A stretch of 59,875 nt of DNA, filler included, from Globobulimina sp. (lineage: Eukaryota): NCBI GenBank assembly GCA_003354225.1. It is 14 parts of 14 records of this genome, joined end to end, with 100 filler letters (N's around TTAATTAATTAA, not from the genome) between each part and the next. Parts side by side here need not be neighbours in the genome. Positions count along the whole stretch, not along the records: positions 47,138 to 51,317 come from PIVH01001509.1; positions 51,418 to 55,596 come from PIVH01001510.1; positions 55,697 to 59,875 come from PIVH01001511.1; 11 more parts are not named here. One strand, 5' to 3'. Both the position numbers and the translations under genes were made by a program. The notes under the pieces are model-generated. The model was not told the DNA's origin, searched no databases, and worked only from the letters and a program-made list of their open reading frames with translations. Positions 48,454-59,875 of this stretch are shown piece after piece. The number at the start of each line of letters is the position of its first letter. Position 1 is the stretch's first letter.

Positions 48454-48520
48454 GGTTAAAAATAAAATATTTAAAATACAAAAAACCACACGCGTCACGA
48501 GACAGTCAATTCTTATAATC

Positions 48521-49168
48521 ATGTCAAAAAAGGTGCTTTTGAAGATAATAATTTTAGGTGATTCTGGAGTTGGTAAAACCTCAATATTACATAAATATGT
48601 GAATAATAAGTTTATAGAAGAACATAAAGCAACAATAGGTGCTGATTTTAGTACAAAAGAGATAATGATTGATAGTAAAGAGAATCAATTAATAACATTG
48701 CAGTTATGGGACACTGCCGGACAAGAAAGATTTCAGTCATTAGGAAATGCATTTTATCGGGGTGCAGATGCATGTATTTTAGTGTATGACATAACAAATC
48801 AGCCATCATTTAATCGTATCCAAACATGGAAAAATAATTTTTTACATCAATCGAATCCTGCGAATCCAGATAGTTTTCCATTTCTATTATTCGGCAATAA
48901 ATCTGATTTAGAAACGTCTCGACAAGTCTCAACAGAACAAGTGGCTGCATATGCAAATAAAGAAAAATGTATGAAGTTTTATGAAACGTCTGCTTTGAGT
49001 GGACAAAATTTAGAAGTTGGAATAAGATTAATTGCAAATGTTGCTTCACAAAATAATGGACCTCATAGTTATAACCCACAAGGAAATGATATTAATAACG
49101 TTGACTTAGGTGATGATGATCAACAAACACAGGGACAATCAAATATTTTTTGTTGCCAAATAATATAA
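48521..49168 (+). CDS. RAB7: Rab7-like small GTPase
   Basis: LLKIIILGDSGVGKTS, KATIGADF.TKE, WDTAGQERFQSLG.AFYRGAD, NKSD, ETSA, C-terminal CC. Confidence 0.88.
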   Translation: MSKKVLLKIIILGDSGVGKTSILHKYVNNKFIEEHKATIGADFSTKEIMIDSKENQLITLQLWDTAGQERFQSLGNAFYRGADACILVYDITNQPSFNRIQTWKNNFLHQSNPANPDSFPFLLFGNKSDLETSRQVSTEQVAAYANKEKCMKFYETSALSGQNLEVGIRLIANVASQNNGPHSYNPQGNDINNVDLGDDDQQTQGQSNIFCCQII

Positions 49169-49382
49169 CATTGTAATATTATATACAGTGTATCATTTTT
49201 CATGTTGTTTTCATGTGCTTTGCTGCGACATTTGTTATCCTTGCACACAATTTGTAGTTTCGTTATCAAAAACGGAAATGAGTGGAAAAACGGAATTAAA
49301 TGAGTGGCAACTTAATGCAGACACAAAATAAAAAGAAACCATATATTATAAATTTGTAAAACAATGTTTTGATCAAAAACGT

Positions 49383-49928
49383 TTATATATTATATTGCTG
49401 CAATCGCTTTGATAAATGCTTTATATGATCGCGTAACTGATTTATAGCCTTATTTGATTGTAAAAGTAGCTCTGTTTTTGAATTTTCCAAATTAGTTTTG
49501 TCTTTTTCTAACCTATCATGCAATTCATGCAAATTACTTATTTCCTCATAATGATCGTTTTCTTCTTTCAATAATGTTTTGAACATAGTCTCAGAGAGTA
49601 TTGCTAGAGATTCTTTTCCTTTCTTTTGAGCAATACATGTTTTGTTTCTTTCTTTATTCAGTCTATTCCTTAAACTCTCAATTTTTTTGATCAATGATGG
49701 ATCCATTGTTTTAGAATTAGGTTTTGTTATTCCTATTTTTCGTAAATAATCATCATCGACACGGACATTAATACTCAATCTCCTTTGTGAGAATCGTTCT
49801 GATAACTTCAGTTTTGATGTTCGTATTGGATTATAACTTGGTCGAATAGTGTTTGTCTGCTTTGGTAATGAATACATTTGCGTATTTGATAACTTTTCAT
49901 TGTCTTTATTTTTTATATTTTCATCCAT
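49383..49928 (-). CDS. Hypothetical coiled-coil protein
   Basis: 181-aa ORF with a heptad-like C-terminal half. Confidence 0.6.
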   Translation of the reverse strand: MDENIKNKDNEKLSNTQMYSLPKQTNTIRPSYNPIRTSKLKLSERFSQRRLSINVRVDDDYLRKIGITKPNSKTMDPSLIKKIESLRNRLNKERNKTCIAQKKGKESLAILSETMFKTLLKEENDHYEEISNLHELHDRLEKDKTNLENSKTELLLQSNKAINQLRDHIKHLSKRLQQYNI

Positions 49929-51008
49929 TTGAGCCGGTCATTAATTTACTTTAGTGCAGTTTTTAACTCGTAATAGTGTGCTATTACGATCCTATTACAT
50001 TTTAAATAAAAATAAAGTAAGAGGACATTGCCCCGGCCTGTCAGGCATTGGTTTAATTAAAATTATTGTGTTTAACAGTTCGATTTTCTTCTTTGATGGC
50101 TTTTATTTGTTCTTAATATTAATTAAATCCCAATCAATATATCCTGCCTTTTGCTCATTTGATTCTTTCTCATCACCATTATCAATGAGTTTTATCTTTT
50201 GCTGATTTGCCTTTTCCTTTCTTCAATCTCTTCAAATTCAACGTATTGAATTAATGATTTTTTATACGAACACAACAATGTTAATAGCTGTTCATGTTGG
50301 AAGTATAGAGGATATTCCTTCCAATCAATTTTTTCCATATACTCAAAATCTCTTTGTTTATGGAACTTAATTTTGAGAACTTAATTTTATTGCAAATGGA
50401 CAGTGAATAATATCTAAATCCTTTTTTTCTTCCACCAAAGTATTTCCTTGCGTTTTTAGCTGATATCTTCTTGGACACATATTTATTTTTTGTGTATTTG
50501 AAATTTGTCACTTTTTCCACTTCATTTTGCGCCATACAATGAATAGCGACAAAATTCGAAAAACTATAACGAGGCAAGATATCGTTTAGAACGTAAAGCT
50601 ACTTAAAATCATGATGTTTTTACAATTAATAAGACTCAATCATAAATTAAAAATCAACACCAACAAAAACAAAGGGAATTAGGAATAGAAAGAAATCATA
50701 AAGAATAAAAAAAAAAGCAAAAGTGACAAAAATTATTGATCGATCAAGTTAAAAACACATTAAACTATAGAATATAACAAAAAAAAAAGGGGGAATAAAC
50801 AAAAAAAAATGGTTAGCTGGATATCGACATCCAGTGATATCAAAACAATGGGCGAAGAACAAAAAAAGAAGTGAGGAAAAAATAAAAAATAAATGCTATA
50901 TATAAATAATAATAAAAAAAAATGAGTAAAAGGTGGATATAAAAATATTTGAAAATGAAGAAGAAAAGGTAAAACAGTTCAAAATTCAAAGAATAATATT
51001 GTTAATTG

Positions 51009-51317
51009 TTAGGATAGAAATTTAGCCAAATTCCATTCATGAAATCGTAGAAAAAATAAGGTTTTGGCAATAGAATAGAAGAGGAATAGTGTGGATGCTG
51101 CAGCTTGAATCAATGAAACAGTGGTAATTCTATCATTATTTAATAAAAACATATTCACCAAATTTAGCATTAATAATGGCAATGATTCTACAATTAATTC
51201 ACTCATCAAATAATTATTATATACAGATTCATTAATAAATAATGAGGCCATCCATTCGGGTGTACAACAATCAAAACATTGGTACACTTTCATATTCACC
51301 GATTTTAATACGGATGA
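51009..51317 (-). CDS. C-terminus of a membrane protein (5' partial)
   Basis: ELIVESLPLLMLNL and TM segments; open toward the contig edge. Confidence 0.55.
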   Translation of the reverse strand, partial: SSVLKSVNMKVYQCFDCCTPEWMASLFINESVYNNYLMSELIVESLPLLMLNLVNMFLLNNDRITTVSLIQAAASTLFLFYSIAKTLFFLRFHEWNLAKFLS

Positions 51318-51417
51318 NNNNNNNNNNNNNNNNNNNNNNNNNNNNNNNNNNNNNNNNNNNNTTAATTAATTAANNNNNNNNNNNNNNNNNNNNNNNNNNN
51401 NNNNNNNNNNNNNNNNN

Positions 51418-52181
51418 TGCTGATAATAATTCAATCCATATATTATATCATTATTATTATCATATATTATCTGTTCAAAATCATTTACTTCGCCAATCAA
51501 TTCATATTCATACACAACATTATTATCTTTAAAATTTATTTTATATCCTTTGTTATCTCCTTCATTTATCACATACAAAACATCTGATTCTGTCACAAAT
51601 ATCCATTTTAATAAAAACGTCATCTCAATTTTTATCCATTCATTATTATTTGTCACAAACTTCCATAAATTGCCAATTTCATCTTTACCATACAATAAGT
51701 CATTAAATGCTGTCAATTGCGTTAATTTCCCATGAAACAATGGTCGCATTTTTAGTTTTTCACGTATTCGCCATCCAATATTTCCATTTTGTTCCTTAGC
51801 TCGACTCATTGTTGGTGCTATAAATTTATTCCATTTTTTACCTGAATCGCAACTGTTAAAACATTCATAGATTTCACCTTTATCGGTAACACCAAATATT
51901 TTATGTTTATGATTTGATGTCAAGGAAGTAAATGATTTTCTCATTGAAATCCATTTATCATTATTCCCATCATTCACTTTTTTTGAGACAGAATTAAATT
52001 TATTTATTATCCATATTCCTTCACTGCCTGATGACAATTGGACTGTCTTTTTCTTTTCATATAATAAGTTCCATTGTTTGTTGGTGTCAAAATAACCAAT
52101 TTCTGCTGCTCCTTTTATTGCAAACAGCTCGCAATAAATGCAGTGCAAACCAATTAAAAAAAGAAAAAACAACCAATTCAT
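51418..52181 (-). CDS. Secreted beta-propeller (tectonin-like) protein (3' partial)
   Basis: Signal peptide and repeated blades (IWIIN, IFGVTDKGEIY.C..SC..W, LYGKDEIGNLW). Confidence 0.6.
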
Positions 52182-52489
52182 TATTTGTGTTGTAAAGAAG
52201 TACATTGTCCCAAGTAGTGTAGTAAGTAGTTTTTGTAAAGCGGGCGGCAAGTAAGTGGATAAAATTCGTAATTCAGAGTTTTACCAATTAACTGCTGTGC
52301 ATGTTTGTACGTTGCACAATATTTTCGTTAGAGAAACACTTTTCTTTTGAAATTGTATACATTATCCTTGCACTGCATGTAAATCTCCATAGTATTTGTA
52401 ATTGTTCAAACACGCGGTGTTTCCAAAAGTTAGTATTCTAAAGTATCTGAGAAACAGAATTGAAATTATAAATTACTTAATTTTACATA

Positions 52490-53581
52490 TGTTTTTAAAT
52501 TGAATGATAAACATTGGCAATATCTGAGCTGATTTAAATAGCACTAATTCATTTTTCTCAGGTGATATATGTGAATGATAACCGGTTTTGCATGATTTGC
52601 CAAATTGTTTTCCACCCTTTGCAACTTGATATATTTCACCCGCCAATACTTTTGACTTTTTAGGCTTATCCTAGTATTCGAATCCTAGTATTCAAAGTTG
52701 AAAACCATTCTAGCTAACCCAAAAACCTTGCCAATCACAAAAGAAGTGTTTAGAAGTTTAAGCATAAAAAGTCATTTACTTATCATTATAACATCTGAAT
52801 GTTTATACTTTTCAGAATATAAAATCGCATAATCGGCCGCAAAACCGTGATATATGCCTTTACCAAAAAATCCTACATCCAATATAGAAATATTATTACC
52901 ATTCCTCTGCGATTCATTCATATTTTGTAATGGGTTTGGCTCCAAAAATCTACTTTTTCCAATTGATTGTAAACACTTTAACGATGAACCATGATATACA
53001 TAATATATCTCATTATTTATATTATTTTTAGAATATTTTTGTCGTAAATGTTCAAAGTTTGTATATAATGTCTGATTTCTAATGATATGCAACGATTGGA
53101 TTCGATATAATTTTCTTCCAACATACTATTAAAAAATTTGGATTCCACAAATTTCCACCATTGATGATTAAATTTATTTATTTTAGAAATACTAAAATTG
53201 CATGAAACACTTAATTGTTTTATCATATTATTTTTTAATGCGTTTCTTGATGTATTTGGTTTTACTTTATATTGACTCAAAACATAATATTGATGGAAAT
53301 TTTGTGTTTATTTATTTAATAACATGTAACAAAGTAAATTAATATCTGTTGTAACTCGATACTAAATACTCAAATGTATTGAAAATTGCATTTTGAGAAA
53401 TTTTGGATACTTCGGTAAATATTTTATATGAAATTTCATCTTTATTTGCTACATTTTGATGCCATTTTATATCTCGTTTCTGATTAGCATCATTTTGAGG
53501 GTTGCTTTCAAACAAAAAATCCAAATGCATGGCCAACACATCCAGTTGTTTATATATTGCATCATATTTTTCCTCTGACAT
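52490..53581 (-). pseudogene. PARP/ADP-ribosyltransferase catalytic-domain gene disrupted by a MITE and a frameshift
   Basis: YVYHGS, GFFGKGIY..F..DYA..Y, SK|VLAGE, ELVLFKSAQILP (H-Y-E triad). Insertion at 52653-52774 and a 2-nt shift near 53105. Confidence 0.8.
52653..52774. mobile_element. 122-bp MITE with 16-bp TIRs (15/16) and a 3-bp TSD (TTT/AAA)
   Basis: TGACTTTTTAGGCTTA...TAAGCATAAAAAGTCA flanked by TTT on both sides. Precise removal restores M-I-S-K-V-L-A-G-E. Confidence 0.88.
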
Positions 53582-53683
53582 TTTAATCGCATTTTGTTTG
53601 ACTTACACACATTGAAGTGATTGAACCCTAAAAGCATTAATTCGCTTAAAAAATAAAACAAGAAAAAACAAAATAAATACACT

Positions 53684-54400
53684 CTACGAACACATTGAAG
53701 GAATAGCAACAAATGATATCGCATCACCAATTTGAAAATCACCTTGTTTTGCAGTTCCATCATCTTCTCTGCCATGCCCATTACCGACGCTTCCTCCATT
53801 GGGAGTGGTCCATAAAACCACATCGATTATCTCCTCTGTTCTGTGATTATAAACTGCAAAATTTTCGGCATGCCAACCTTGTCGATTTAAAATAACATTA
53901 ATTACATCCACATCAAAATTAAAATACTCACCACTTAGTCCAGAACTATGGTCTGTGCTCAATACAATAAATGTGCATTCCGGTGTTGGTCTGTTATTTT
54001 ATTTACAAATAAGCGTAAAATATAGATATATAAAAAATATATATATAAAATGTACGTGCAAATAAAAGGCACAATGCCAACAATCGATAATGTATACGTA
54101 TCACCAGTTTGGAAATCTCCTGGTGATGCTGTGCCATCATCTTTTCTTCCATGAGCGTTACCAACACTTCCTCCATTTGGATTTCTCCACACAATTACTT
54201 TTGATACGCTCTTTGTTCTCCACACAATTTGTTTGACCTAATAATTGATCCACTGCACTTATTTGAAAATTAAAATAGGTAACAACTGCACCATTTGAGT
54301 GATCTGCACTTAATACCTCAAATGAACAATCTGCTTCACACGAAAATGGTAATGAATGTGTCATATGTGCCACAAATATGAAACTTGTAATATAGTTCAT
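53684..54400 (-). CDS. Small secreted protein with two copies of an unnamed 'WxxPNGGSVGNxHGR..GDF..GD' domain (one intron, one apparent frameshift)
   Basis: Signal peptide; SADHS..YFNF/STDHS..YFNF and PNGGSVGN.HGR.DDGTA..GDFQ.GD each occur twice. Confidence 0.7.
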
Positions 54401-54456
54401 GGTTAGATTAGCTTTCTTGGTTTAAATGATCGAAAATTTCGTAGGCATTGTGCGTT

Positions 54457-54559
54457 TGATCTATTTAAAAAACCTTTAGTTTCAACTGGCTATATTTTCT
54501 TTTCGATGATCGAAAAGAAAATATAGCCAGTTGAAACTAAAGGTTTTTTTAATAGATCA
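54457..54559. repeat. Near-perfect palindrome (51-nt arms, 1 mismatch, 1-nt centre)
   Basis: tgatctatttaaaaaacc...ttttcgat G atcgaaaa...ggtttttttaatagatca. Confidence 0.97.
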
Positions 54560-54600
54560 CAACAACAGACTCTTTGACACAAAAGTGAATAGAAAGTCAT

Positions 54601-55596
54601 TTAAAACCATGAATAATACTTACTAAATGAGTTTGAATGTCCTTCGTTTATTCTGCAACCTTTGTTCATTACAACAATACAAATCGTTCCATCTCCAGCT
54701 TTCTCATAACATTTTGCAATGATCGCTGGTTCAACACATTGATATCCATTAATCGCTGTAGTCATTTCCTTGATTTTGATATCTGTTCCAAAACGTGATA
54801 ATTGTAAAAATAATATATAGTCATCGATTTGTGATAAATATAATTTATCCTTAATTCTTGAAATAAATAATACCACATCATCCATTTTAATTGTTTCTGT
54901 TTCTTTTCTTGCTGTTGTCGAAATTCCTATCTTCAAATATTTCCGTTTGATCATTTTTGTCCTTAACAACCCTGCTTCGATTCCATTAGCTACATTTACC
55001 AAATCACGACAACCGCCAAATTGAATGCATTCCAAAGCTGTCGAACTCCATGATTTATATTTTTGATATGTCGAATTCCAAAGTTACTAATTATATTTTT
55101 GATATGGATTCCATGTTGAACACTAAAGTAAATCTTACATTTTTTTAACATTTTTGCTGTTTTTAAAATATTACACATTGTTTCTTCTGATGGATAATAC
55201 AGAATCAATTCATCCAATTTCTTAAAATCAACGTCATGTAAAAATAAATCCGAATAGTTACCGGATTCTAAACATAAATGTTTTAAATTCCGTCCATAAA
55301 AATGCACAAATTTTTTGGTCAATTCTGAGGATAAACCACTGCAAGAAAGTTGCTCTAAATTGGGAAACAATGTTTTTATTTCATTGTCAGGAATGTATTG
55401 CTCAATGCGTATGTCTTCTAATTGTAAATGTTTTACATTTTTAAATTGACGCAATAAAACCCAAATACATTGAACTTAATACATTGAACTTAAGGACAGT
55501 GTTTCAATTTTATTAAACTTAATACATTTTTGTTTCAGAAATGCTGTGATATTCACTGGTGTGCCATCGCCATTTCCTGCTAAACATATATTTGCT
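54601..55596 (-). CDS. LRR/F-box-type protein C-terminal part (5' partial, with frame break)
   Basis: FKNVKHLQL, FPNLEQLSC, NLKHLCL, KKLDELIL leucine-rich repeats. Confidence 0.55.
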
Positions 55597-55696
55597 NNNN
55601 NNNNNNNNNNNNNNNNNNNNNNNNNNNNNNNNNNNNNNNNTTAATTAATTAANNNNNNNNNNNNNNNNNNNNNNNNNNNNNNNNNNNNNNNNNNNN

Positions 55697-57481
55697 AACT
55701 CAAAAAACACACAATTGTCATTTCCATAATTTGCTATACATTTTATTTGCATTTGCATCCAATACTGTACAAGGAGCACAATTACGACCATCAGCAGGTC
55801 CACAGTGTCCATCATGAAGTGTTTGTTTTTTGCCAATTTTCCTCCCACAATAAAATTTACCTGTAACAGAGGATATTCTTGAAGCAAATCCTAACTTATT
55901 AACCAAATATCTTTTGGGCAACATTCTACATTTTACATCCAATTCCATACAACTACAGCAATTACAACCTATTGAATCAACAAATATGTTATAAACAAAA
56001 TTTACATCATTTATCATAATTAATTAACACACCGTTGGTTGGTCCACATTTACCATTGCAACAACTACATCGTCTGTTTAACGAAGCACCGCAATAATAT
56101 TTCCCAGTAACTCCCAATCTGGCCATGTTACCACGTGAGTTCCAGCGAGTAGCTATAGGATCATCCACTTTTGCATCATCATTCTGTATTGATTCTATTT
56201 TTACAGTTTTGGATGTTTCCGAACGCAAAACATCATAAATTGAATACTCGATCCGGGCCTCACATGGAGCATATTCTGCCATATCATATTGATTTTTGCT
56301 TGTAACTATATCAGGGATAACATCCCAATCACCAGCATCCATTTTCTGTTCTTTCTTTCCATTACAATAAAAAATGCGGTAACTAATTTCTGCACTTTTC
56401 CGTTTCGAAAACAAAGCTAAAATATCATGTATTTCAGGTGCTTTCCATTTCATCACAGTTCCATATACTTTCACGCTGCTTACAACAGGTAAGTTAATAC
56501 CTATATTGGTCAAATCCTATCAAACAAACATATGAGATACGTATTGGATATATGTGACATATGGAACATACCAAACATTGATTAAAAAATTGATTAACCG
56601 CATTTTTATTCAATTTAATATCCATATTAACTGCACTGTGTTTATTACATTGGCTTGCTCGGCGAGCTTCAACTTCAATGCGATTTTGAGCTGCAATTAA
56701 TTTATTTCTTCTATCCAATTTTGATAATGCATTGTCAACAAAATAACTTTCATACTCATTATGAAACTGCATATAACAAACCATAGATTATCAGTAGAAT
56801 TAAATGAATATACAACACACATTAAATGAAACTGTACATAACTTTAGCAGTGATTTTTGCTGATTTTTGAATGATTGAATGACGTTAATTCAATTCATTT
56901 AAGCGATATTGATAAATACTATCAAGAATTGATAACATTTGCTTTTGTTTCTGATCGCTTTTTTGTTTTAATAAATGACATATTTGACTTAGATTATGTC
57001 GAACCATTTTATCATTCTCATCCAAATTACGAAATGATTTCTTGATTTTAATCAAATTATTTCCCATCAACTGTTGGCTTGATTGTATGCATCGTATTGC
57101 TTCCTGTTCTTCTTCATCAACAAATAACAGCTTTACTTGTGATGTTGCACTGGCAGATGCAGCCACTGTTTGTGTTTCTAATGATTGGTTTTTTCTTGTT
57201 CCCATTTGAATGACCGTTTTTGCAAATTTATTTCGATGAGATACTTTAATTCGATATCCATTTTTTTCATTTTCGTGAATTTCATCTAATAAATCAATTA
57301 AATTGTTCCGTGAATAGTCCATCAAATCTTCTAAAGGCTCTTTTTCAATCTCCATTATAATGTCAGTAATATACATCAAATTCTGTGCTCTTAAAGAACA
57401 TTTTAATAATGCGACATAATTAATATCTGGCATTCCTTCTTCTGTGCCTTCAATATCTGTTGTATGTAAAGGTGTTGCCAT
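55697..57481 (-). CDS. Multi-exon protein: SAM-like domain, coiled coil, FN3-like domain and repeated Cys-rich YCG..CGPxNG.NC..C modules (3' partial)
   Basis: Collinear ORFs with GT-AG gaps. YYCG..RCSCCNGKCGPTNG|CNCCSC and FYCG..DGHCGPADGRNCAPC. Confidence 0.7.
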
Positions 57482-57598
57482 AATGTTCAAAACTTTTTGC
57501 TACAAAACGTACGCATTTACGTAAATGATTTCTTGATATTATCAGATTGTCAATTGGTTTGCAGAACAAATTTCGATCCCATCTGATCTATCCAAGTC

Positions 57599-59875
57599 AT
57601 GCAGACGCCACCACCTCAATATAGTAAGTATACAGAAAGCAATATGGCAACAGCCTTATCTCCAATAAATATCAATCTTAGTCACAAACAAAATAAAAAC
57701 GCTAACAAATCCCTCAACATTCGAGCGAATTTGAATATCAATGCTTCCATATACAATGACCACACAAACAGAGCCTCAGACAATAACCGCACTGTCGACG
57801 GCAACACGAACAGCAACAAAACATATCCATTCAATTTCCCCTTAGGTTTCAGCACAAACACACCGTCCACGCCATCACCACCGCCATTATCCCCATCCTC
57901 ACACAACAACATCAACGAGCACATATTGACCGATTCCATCGACGACCAAACACATTTACGTCGCTCCATCAGTCAATATCTCATTATGTTAAGTAATTAT
58001 AACCAAACTTAGCACAAACCGTTTGAAATTAGATGTATATAAAACAAAACCATACAGAAACAACGATAAAAACAAGAAAAGATCGAGCATCCACCAAAGA
58101 AACAGCACCATGCAACCACAGACCACCAACAATGCTGTGCTCAACAACAATTTGCTAAATACTTATAAAATATTGTCGGAAAACTATCCCTTTACGCTAC
58201 AAAATACGCTGTCAAACCGCACAGTGCTCACCGCGCAGGCCTCAGACCACGCAGTGTATGGCGGCAACAAACATAATGAAAATATCACCTCCACTTCGAG
58301 CATACTGTCCAGCGTAGAGAGTGAGCGCGGTTTGGTGAATAAGATCATTTTGGAGGAGCTACATTGCATTAAATCGAACCAACAAATATCTCACGAAAAC
58401 ATCAACGAGTTGCACAAAACGCAAAATATATTAATTAATAGCTTACATGACATGGCGCTGAACATCGTGTGTCTGAAAAATGGAATGTGTGCTAATGCGG
58501 CGGCGGTGCGCGGTGTCGGCAGTGGCAGTGTTTTGCGCAGATTGACGCGTTCCAATACAGGCGATGCGGCCAACCCAATCCGGCACCAATCATCGCGAGA
58601 CGCGGCCACTGTGATTATGCACAATGACGAATTAAAAGGCAATGCGCTGAGTGAGAGGGAGCGTGACAACGATAATGACGATTATTTGAACGAAAATGAA
58701 ATCGAAACAATGCATACAATGTTCCGGAGTACGATGAAAGAGATTGATTCGGACAGCAATGAAGATGTAAATGAACGGAATCCGTTTGGACATCGACAGA
58801 ATTTAAGTGATGTATTTGAACGCAATATCGATCAATTTATGCTATTATTAAAGTCGCACGAACGCGAAAAGGAGAAATTAGAAAAAGAAAAAATTGAATT
58901 TCAAATAAAGTGTAATAAGTTACAAGAGAAAATTCAACAATTTAATAATATCCAACATAAAGCAAACTTGCTTGAAAGTACAACCACTCACAGTACAAAA
59001 TCTGTACATACAAAATCGACAAAATCACACAGTTTAGTAACGAGATTGGTGTACTTTGTGTTTTTTGTCATCTGGTTTGTGTGTATGTGTTTTTTAGATG
59101 AAGTGTTGTCGCCGCATCATTTGACTAAAGAGTTGAGCTCAAAAACTTCCTTTCCATCCATGGACTCGCGACAGTTTGAATCGCCGAGTTACTCAAATAA
59201 TTCCACTGCAAATCGTCCCAAATCCATCCGAACGAAATCATTAAAGTTGGCGGCGGCGAGACACGCGCAGTCGATGAAGAAACATAGCCGAAAACAGGAA
59301 AGTGAAGAAATATTAATTGAGAACGATGGTTTTGTGCAAGTGAATGAGATGAATGAAAGTAGTGGCTGCGACTTACAAATCTGTTCAGAACTAGAAGACG
59401 AAGAGGAAGAAGAAGACGAAAATGAAGAATTAGGTGATATTCAAACGTGTGGCCGTGGCAATGCACATGATTTTGTCACCAATTTACAAAAAACATATCA
59501 CGAAAATAAGTATATCATGAAGATCAATACCAATATGAATGCAAACGCAACCAGCGACAAACACGCAAGTTATAGTCAGACAGCAACGTTTATGGATCCC
59601 CGAGACTTATCCTATCGGTATTTATCATCGCCCACAGTCTCGCAGAGCATGGAAGAGAATGGCAATATGGACATTGGCGGACATCATTACTTCCACCCAC
59701 CGCCTCAACACAAAAACAACAGTTATTTTAGTGGAAATAATGAAAAACTTAACTATGAAAATCTCAAAAACCTTAAGCCTTGCAGTACCTCACTAGATAA
59801 TGGCAGCAGTCAGCACCACACGCCAATTTCACACGACCTCAGTACCCCTACCACCAACACCTATGTGTATCATGC
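57599..59875 (+). CDS. Large low-complexity/coiled-coil protein (spliced, 3' partial)
   Basis: Exon 57599 to about 57987, intron to 58057, then a frame that appears open to the window end (absent from the ORF track because it has no stop). Probable in-frame intron at about 59050-59098. Confidence 0.65.

Noticed and set aside
4190-55696. Regularly spaced TTAATTAATTAA repeats every ~4.28 kb, and apparent gene neighbourhoods across them
   Set aside because: Artificial linker between length-sorted contigs. Adjacency across spacers has no biological meaning.
641-59796. Many short antisense or overlapping ORFs in the track
   Set aside because: Shadows of real CDSs on the opposite strand or other frames, with no motifs.

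Overview
This window is not one locus. It is 14 unrelated contigs of about 4.18 kb, sorted by decreasing length (4189 to 4179 nt) and joined by 100-nt spacers (N44-TTAATTAATTAA-N44). Thirteen contigs look like nuclear DNA of an AT-rich, gene-dense protist with short GT-AG introns and very short intergenic regions. The gene families (SPRY with an LVNGYIR/YYNIP N-terminus, SAM, PT-repeat surface proteins) suggest a foraminiferan/rhizarian, which is an inference. Recognisable genes include Pelota, a Rab7-like GTPase, a Cav/Nav-type channel, a DES1-like desaturase, a 3-beta-HSD-like dehydrogenase, a DENN protein, a CAMK-type kinase, a CDF transporter, DUF1295, an M16 peptidase fragment and a PARP-like pseudogene. 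The most unusual items are: (1) contig 11 (42857-47037), GC-richer and intronless, is one ~1393-codon frame with an N-terminal DEDDy 3'-5' exonuclease and a single in-frame TGA, a candidate mobile-element or viral polyprotein; (2) a tRNA-shaped RNA (26601-26824) with a 152-nt structured insert in the anticodon loop and a compensatory A19-U56 elbow pair; (3) a 122-bp MITE with TIRs and a 3-bp TSD inside the PARP-like gene; (4) a 103-nt near-perfect palindrome; (5) circular or lasso contigs that fuse gene fragments.
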